A stretch of 40,423 nucleotides of DNA from Planctomycetota bacterium. Its GTDB lineage: Bacteria; Planctomycetota; UBA1135. Made by a program: the position numbers and the translations under genes. Shown piece after piece: positions 36,632-40,423 of the stretch; positions within the stretch are counted from its first letter, which is position 1, and every line of letters begins with the position of its first letter. The notes beneath the pieces are model-generated. The model ran no database searches. It was not told the origin of the DNA and saw only the letters and a list, made by a program, of their open reading frames with translations. The stretch is taken from NCBI GenBank assembly GCA_045047305.1, contig JASFYO010000077.1, positions 1 through 40,423 on the forward strand, given 5' to 3'.

Positions 36632-37780
36632 TTAAGTTTGGGTGGGCAACCAATCCTCGAGATAAAACTTGATCCAATCACTACGTGAGCGGCCAGTAGC
36701 TTTGCCAGCCCAGGCGTCGAGTGCTTCAAGAAGCACAATGAGCTGCCCTTCGCCAAAACGTTTGACCTTGAGTGACGCGTGTGGGTCAAGAAGAGCCTTG
36801 TTTGCCGGGAGATAGGTGATGTCCACATCCTCTTGGTCTGGTGAGTAGCCGGGAATGTCGAGCGCATTTCGGTCGTGCGTTGAAACTACGCTGATGGTGC
36901 GGCCGGCGAATTCGTAGTGGCTCCCAGAGCGGTGCTCCCAAGCGGAAAGCACGGCAACTAAACTATTGATACCATCTGCCTCGCCATAGGTGCCCAAGTT
37001 ATATGCGGCCGCGATGCGATACTCATCTTTGCCTTGCGCTAAGTTTTTCGTCCAGTAGGTGCGTGCGGTTGAGGCATGCAAAAGTTGTGCGCCAAATGCA
37101 GCGGCATCGCGGGCGGCTTCGGTGTTATCCATAATCGAAGCTTCGAGCAAAGTTTCTCGCAGAGAGAATTCTTGCTGACGCCCTGCAATTTGGCTCGCAA
37201 TCCGGCGTCGTACCACGCTGGAGCTACGTAGTGATTTACGCAAATCACTAAGCTGGACTTGGAGACTATTGTCGTAGTTGGAAGTGGATGAAACTTCATC
37301 CACTAGCCTGGAACCGGCTAGCACAGCTGCAGTGAAGTCTTTGCCATTGGCGACTTGCCATAACCAAGCAACGCGATCTTGCACCAAAACTTTTGCCGGT
37401 ACCGGGTCAATGCGGCGTCCCCAAGACTCTAGTAAGCGAAACGGGAGAATGGCTTGTGGATCCAGCGTAAGCACTTCTAGGCTGGCGCGGGAGAGCTCTT
37501 CAAGTTGGCCTGCGCGGGATAAATCGCGCAACCAGGAGGCGTCGTCTAAAACACCAATCTGATGTTGCTTGCGCAGTTCCAGCACCTGTTTCTCGCCGTC
37601 GATAATGGCAACAACAGGGTCGTGTGGGTTGCGGAAAACCCCATAGGGGGTTTGGATCTCGCGGTCGCCAACTTCAGCGTGCACAGACTGAATCTGGACT
37701 CCGTCCTGGGTCACAGCAATGGGAAGTTGCGGAGACTGGAGCGGAAAAGCAAGAAGAGCAGAGGCGACGAGCCACAACAT
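36632..37780 (-). CDS. Exported HEAT-repeat protein, paralog 1 of 4 (most divergent)
   Basis: PIAV..DG, TPYG.F..DPV, WGRRIDPVP..RV..LW, LRK.L.S....RR.A, RIAAA.NLG.YG. Confidence 0.75.
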   Translation of the reverse strand: MLWLVASALLAFPLQSPQLPIAVTQDGVQIQSVHAEVGDREIQTPYGVFRNPHDPVVAIIDGEKQVLELRKQHQIGVLDDASWLRDLSRAGQLEELSRASLEVLTLDPQAILPFRLLESWGRRIDPVPAKVLVQDRVAWLWQVANGKDFTAAVLAGSRLVDEVSSTSNYDNSLQVQLSDLRKSLRSSSVVRRRIASQIAGRQQEFSLRETLLEASIMDNTEAARDAAAFGAQLLHASTARTYWTKNLAQGKDEYRIAAAYNLGTYGEADGINSLVAVLSAWEHRSGSHYEFAGRTISVVSTHDRNALDIPGYSPDQEDVDITYLPANKALLDPHASLKVKRFGEGQLIVLLEALDAWAGKATGRSRSDWIKFYLEDWLPTQT

Positions 37781-37789
37781 GGTCCAATT

Positions 37790-38551
37790 CTAGTGCAAAG
37801 AATGTGCCGTTTGGGCAATTTGGGCGGCTAGAAAGCCACCACCGAAGCCATTATCGATATTCACCACCCCAATCCCGGGCGCACACCCGTTCATCATCGC
37901 GAGAAGCGCCGTAAGTCCTTGAAAAGAAGCACCATAGCCAACACTGGTTGGGACGGCCACGACCGGGCTTGCGACCAAGCCAGCAACCACCGAGGGGAGG
38001 GCACCCTCCATCCCGGCAACGACCACTAGGGCATCCGCTGTGCGTAATCGCTCTAAATGGTGCAAAAGGCGGTGTAAGCCAGCTACGCCGACGTCGACCA
38101 AAAGCTCGGTTTTGGCACCCAGCCAGGCAGCTGTGACCTGGGCTTCGGCTGCGACAGGTAGGTCGGAGGTGCCAGCGCAAACGATGAGCACATCTCCTTT
38201 GGGCTCGGGCGGTGCGCTGCGGAACCAGGTGATGCAACGTGCTTGTGGCTCAAAGTTGGCCTCTGGGAGAACCGCGACCACGGCCTCAAATCGTGCTTGG
38301 TCGGCATGCGTGAGAAGTAATTTTTCATGCGCCGATGCAATCGCCAATGCAGCTTCGACGCATTGCGCTGGCGTTTTGCCACCTGCAAAAATCACTTCTG
38401 GCGCACCGCAGCGCAATTCCCGGTGCGTATCCGCCATGGTTTCGGGACTACTCGTGAATGGCAGTTGGGATAATTTGCCAACTGCATCGTCTACCGAGCA
38501 GGCACCGCTTTGTACTTTTTGGAGAAGCTGTTCGAGTGTGTTGCGGTCCAT
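37790..38551 (-). CDS. larB: Nickel-pincer cofactor biosynthesis protein LarB (PurE-like carboxylase)
   Basis: D.HR..R.G.PEVIF..GKT, AGTSDLPVA.EA, DVGVAGLHRL, VAGMEGALPSVV, AVPTSVGYG, VVNIDNGFG. Confidence 0.93.
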   Translation of the reverse strand: MDRNTLEQLLQKVQSGACSVDDAVGKLSQLPFTSSPETMADTHRELRCGAPEVIFAGGKTPAQCVEAALAIASAHEKLLLTHADQARFEAVVAVLPEANFEPQARCITWFRSAPPEPKGDVLIVCAGTSDLPVAAEAQVTAAWLGAKTELLVDVGVAGLHRLLHHLERLRTADALVVVAGMEGALPSVVAGLVASPVVAVPTSVGYGASFQGLTALLAMMNGCAPGIGVVNIDNGFGGGFLAAQIAQTAHSLH

Positions 38552-38553
38552 GA

Positions 38554-39579
38554 TTAACCCGTCGATGCGACATCTAAATCCAAACCATCGACCAAACCGC
38601 GCCGCAGTTTTTCACCACCCAACCCTGCAATCATGACCGCGTTATCGGTGCAATATGCCGGTGGTGCAAACTGAGCCGTGAACCCAGCTTTCGTTGCTTC
38701 CTTTGCCATCACCGCACGCAGTCGCGTGTTGCATGCGACGCCGCCGCCAACCAACACACGCTTGATTCCAGTTTGCTCACAGGCCCGTCGACACTTCCGC
38801 GCTAAAGTTCGCGCCACAATCGATTCGAAACTTGCACATAAATCAGGAATGCAGGCGCGATCCACAATCCATGGATCCGAGGTCGTTCCGCCGGGCCCCT
38901 TGATGGTGTAAAGCAAGGCCGTTTTCATTCCAGAGAAGGAGAACTCCAAGGACTGCGGTGCAATCAACGGCATCTTAAATGGAAAGGCATTAGGGTCGCC
39001 GTCGCGCCCAGCTTCTTGAATGGCTGGTCCGCCGGGGTAGCCGAGCCCCATCATTTTCGCTGCTTTGTCTAACGCTTCACCAGCAGCATCATCTCGTGTG
39101 CTGCCGAGTAATTCCATGTGCAGTGCATCGGTAGTTTTGTAGAGCGAAGTATGCCCGCCTGAAACCACCAACGTGATGTAGGGGAATTCCACATTCTCTA
39201 GGGGCATCAAGGCGGCATAACTATGTGCCTCAATGTGATGCACCCCGACTAGAGGTAAATCCCATGAAAAGGCCAAAGCCTTGGCTGCGGTGGTCCCAAT
39301 CAGCAAGGAACCGAGTAGTCCTGGGCGGTGGGTGACGGCGATTCCACCCAAATCTTGGGGTGCGAGGCCGGCGTCGGACAAGGCTTGTTCCACGACGGGG
39401 CGGATCATGCGCAAGTGCGAGCGCCCGGCGATTTCTGGTACCACGCCTCCCCAGTCGGCGTGTTCATCGATCTGACTATGGATGACCGATGCGAGCACCT
39501 GGTTGTTGGCATCGACGATGGCGGCAGCGGTTTCATCGCAGGAGGATTCGATACCGAGAACCGGCTTGTGCACCTTCAT
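38554..39579 (-). CDS. tsaD: tRNA N6-adenosine threonylcarbamoyltransferase
   Basis: LGIESSCDETAAA, GGVVPE.A.R.H, HHIEAH, LVVSGGHT, DDAAGEA.DK, FSFSG.KT, CTDNA.MI. Confidence 0.97.
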   Translation of the reverse strand: MKVHKPVLGIESSCDETAAAIVDANNQVLASVIHSQIDEHADWGGVVPEIAGRSHLRMIRPVVEQALSDAGLAPQDLGGIAVTHRPGLLGSLLIGTTAAKALAFSWDLPLVGVHHIEAHSYAALMPLENVEFPYITLVVSGGHTSLYKTTDALHMELLGSTRDDAAGEALDKAAKMMGLGYPGGPAIQEAGRDGDPNAFPFKMPLIAPQSLEFSFSGMKTALLYTIKGPGGTTSDPWIVDRACIPDLCASFESIVARTLARKCRRACEQTGIKRVLVGGGVACNTRLRAVMAKEATKAGFTAQFAPPAYCTDNAVMIAGLGGEKLRRGLVDGLDLDVASTG

Positions 39580-40423
39580 GACCCCAGTAAAGTGTTGCGT
39601 AACAATGCACTTGCCGCACTCAAAAAACGATCGGGCGGCGGCGGCACATTGGCGGTTTCAGGAAAGGCCGCATACATGGCATCGCGGTATTTTGCTGGCG
39701 GAGGGTTCCTGCGTTGCCAAGTGCGAATCAAACGATCTTCCTCTGCATCTGATTGAATGGCAAGGTCTGGCTCCAGGCATCCGGCAAGTTCAGGGTTCAG
39801 GTGACCCTCCAAGATATGGCCTGCAGGCGTGATGTAGTAACCGGCAGTGAATTGCATTGCGAATTCACCGGCATCGTATTCGAACACCTGTTGGTAAATG
39901 CCTTTGCCATAGGTGCGTTCACCCACCAAAACCGCAAAGCCGCGTTCGCGCAATGCAGAGGCCACGACTTCGCTTCCTGAGGCACTGCCGCCATTCACTA
40001 ATAAAACCAAAGGCATGCCGTGATACTTGCCGTCGGCAGCGTTGGCGAAACGGCGATCGGTGGGGGCATAACGGCTTTCTAGGGAGCAAACTAAATTGCC
40101 GTCTAGGAAACGTGCAGCCACGCCGACAGCGCTGGGGAGCTGTCCTCCAGGGTTCCAGCGTAAATCAAGAACTAGAGCCTTCATCCCACTATGGCTTAAG
40201 CGCTCTAACGCATGATCCAACTCTTCTAGAGTGCTACGTGCAAAAGAGCGAAGGTGAATGTGGCCAATTCCGGCCTCGGTGTCAATCATGCGCACGTCGC
40301 CGACGGTAATCGTTGGGACCCCGCTGCGCTTTACGCTTGCCGTGTAAGTGCTTCCATCTTGGCGCGACATCTCCATCTCGACTTCCGTTTCTGCTTCACC
40401 ACGCAATAAGGTAGCCATGATGG
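39576..40423 (-). CDS. S41 family C-terminal processing peptidase (5' part outside window)
   Basis: LDLRWNPGG, LVNGGSASGSE (catalytic Ser), GERTYGKG (Lys), TAGYYITP.G; frame open to window edge. Confidence 0.9.
   Translation of the reverse strand, partial: IMATLLRGEAETEVEMEMSRQDGSTYTASVKRSGVPTITVGDVRMIDTEAGIGHIHLRSFARSTLEELDHALERLSHSGMKALVLDLRWNPGGQLPSAVGVAARFLDGNLVCSLESRYAPTDRRFANAADGKYHGMPLVLLVNGGSASGSEVVASALRERGFAVLVGERTYGKGIYQQVFEYDAGEFAMQFTAGYYITPAGHILEGHLNPELAGCLEPDLAIQSDAEEDRLIRTWQRRNPPPAKYRDAMYAAFPETANVPPPPDRFLSAASALLRNTLLGS

Noticed and set aside
1820..39579. Apparent CO2/bicarbonate theme linking DAB with carA, larB and tsaD
   Set aside because: Genes are over 24 kb apart in unrelated operons; CarA and TsaD do not themselves use bicarbonate; likely coincidence

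Overview
Gene-dense bacterial chromosomal segment of moderately high GC, most consistent with a Planctomycetota-type genome (inference from protein style, not a database hit). It holds an acyl-CoA metabolism cluster (thiolase end, 3-hydroxybutyryl-CoA dehydrogenase, two acyl-CoA dehydrogenases, MBL hydrolase) interrupted by a PAP2 gene, a three-gene DAB/MpsAB-type inorganic-carbon transporter and a membrane-anchored sulfatase-like gene. Next come a frameshifted TolB/PD40 beta-propeller gene, an alpha/beta hydrolase, an Opp/Dpp-type ABC importer without ATPase, a SAM methyltransferase, a DUF481-type beta-barrel, an HD-GYP phosphodiesterase, pepP plus an ABC-2 exporter, a carboxypeptidase-regulatory-like protein with a membrane spermidine-synthase-like protein, carA, four tandem paralogous exported HEAT-repeat genes, larB, tsaD and a partial S41 peptidase. 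Main observations: (1) the DAB operon lies exactly between two identical 26-bp direct repeats that duplicate the 3' end of the sulfatase gene, i.e. an integrase-less 5.8-kb islet; (2) four serially duplicated exported HEAT proteins, one carrying a secretin-like segment that is variable in the others; (3) TANNNT boxes 6-8 nt before many start codons, suggesting leaderless mRNAs; (4) a one-base frameshift cutting off the propeller protein's C-terminal domain. No rRNA, tRNA, CRISPR, transposase or integrase was recognised.
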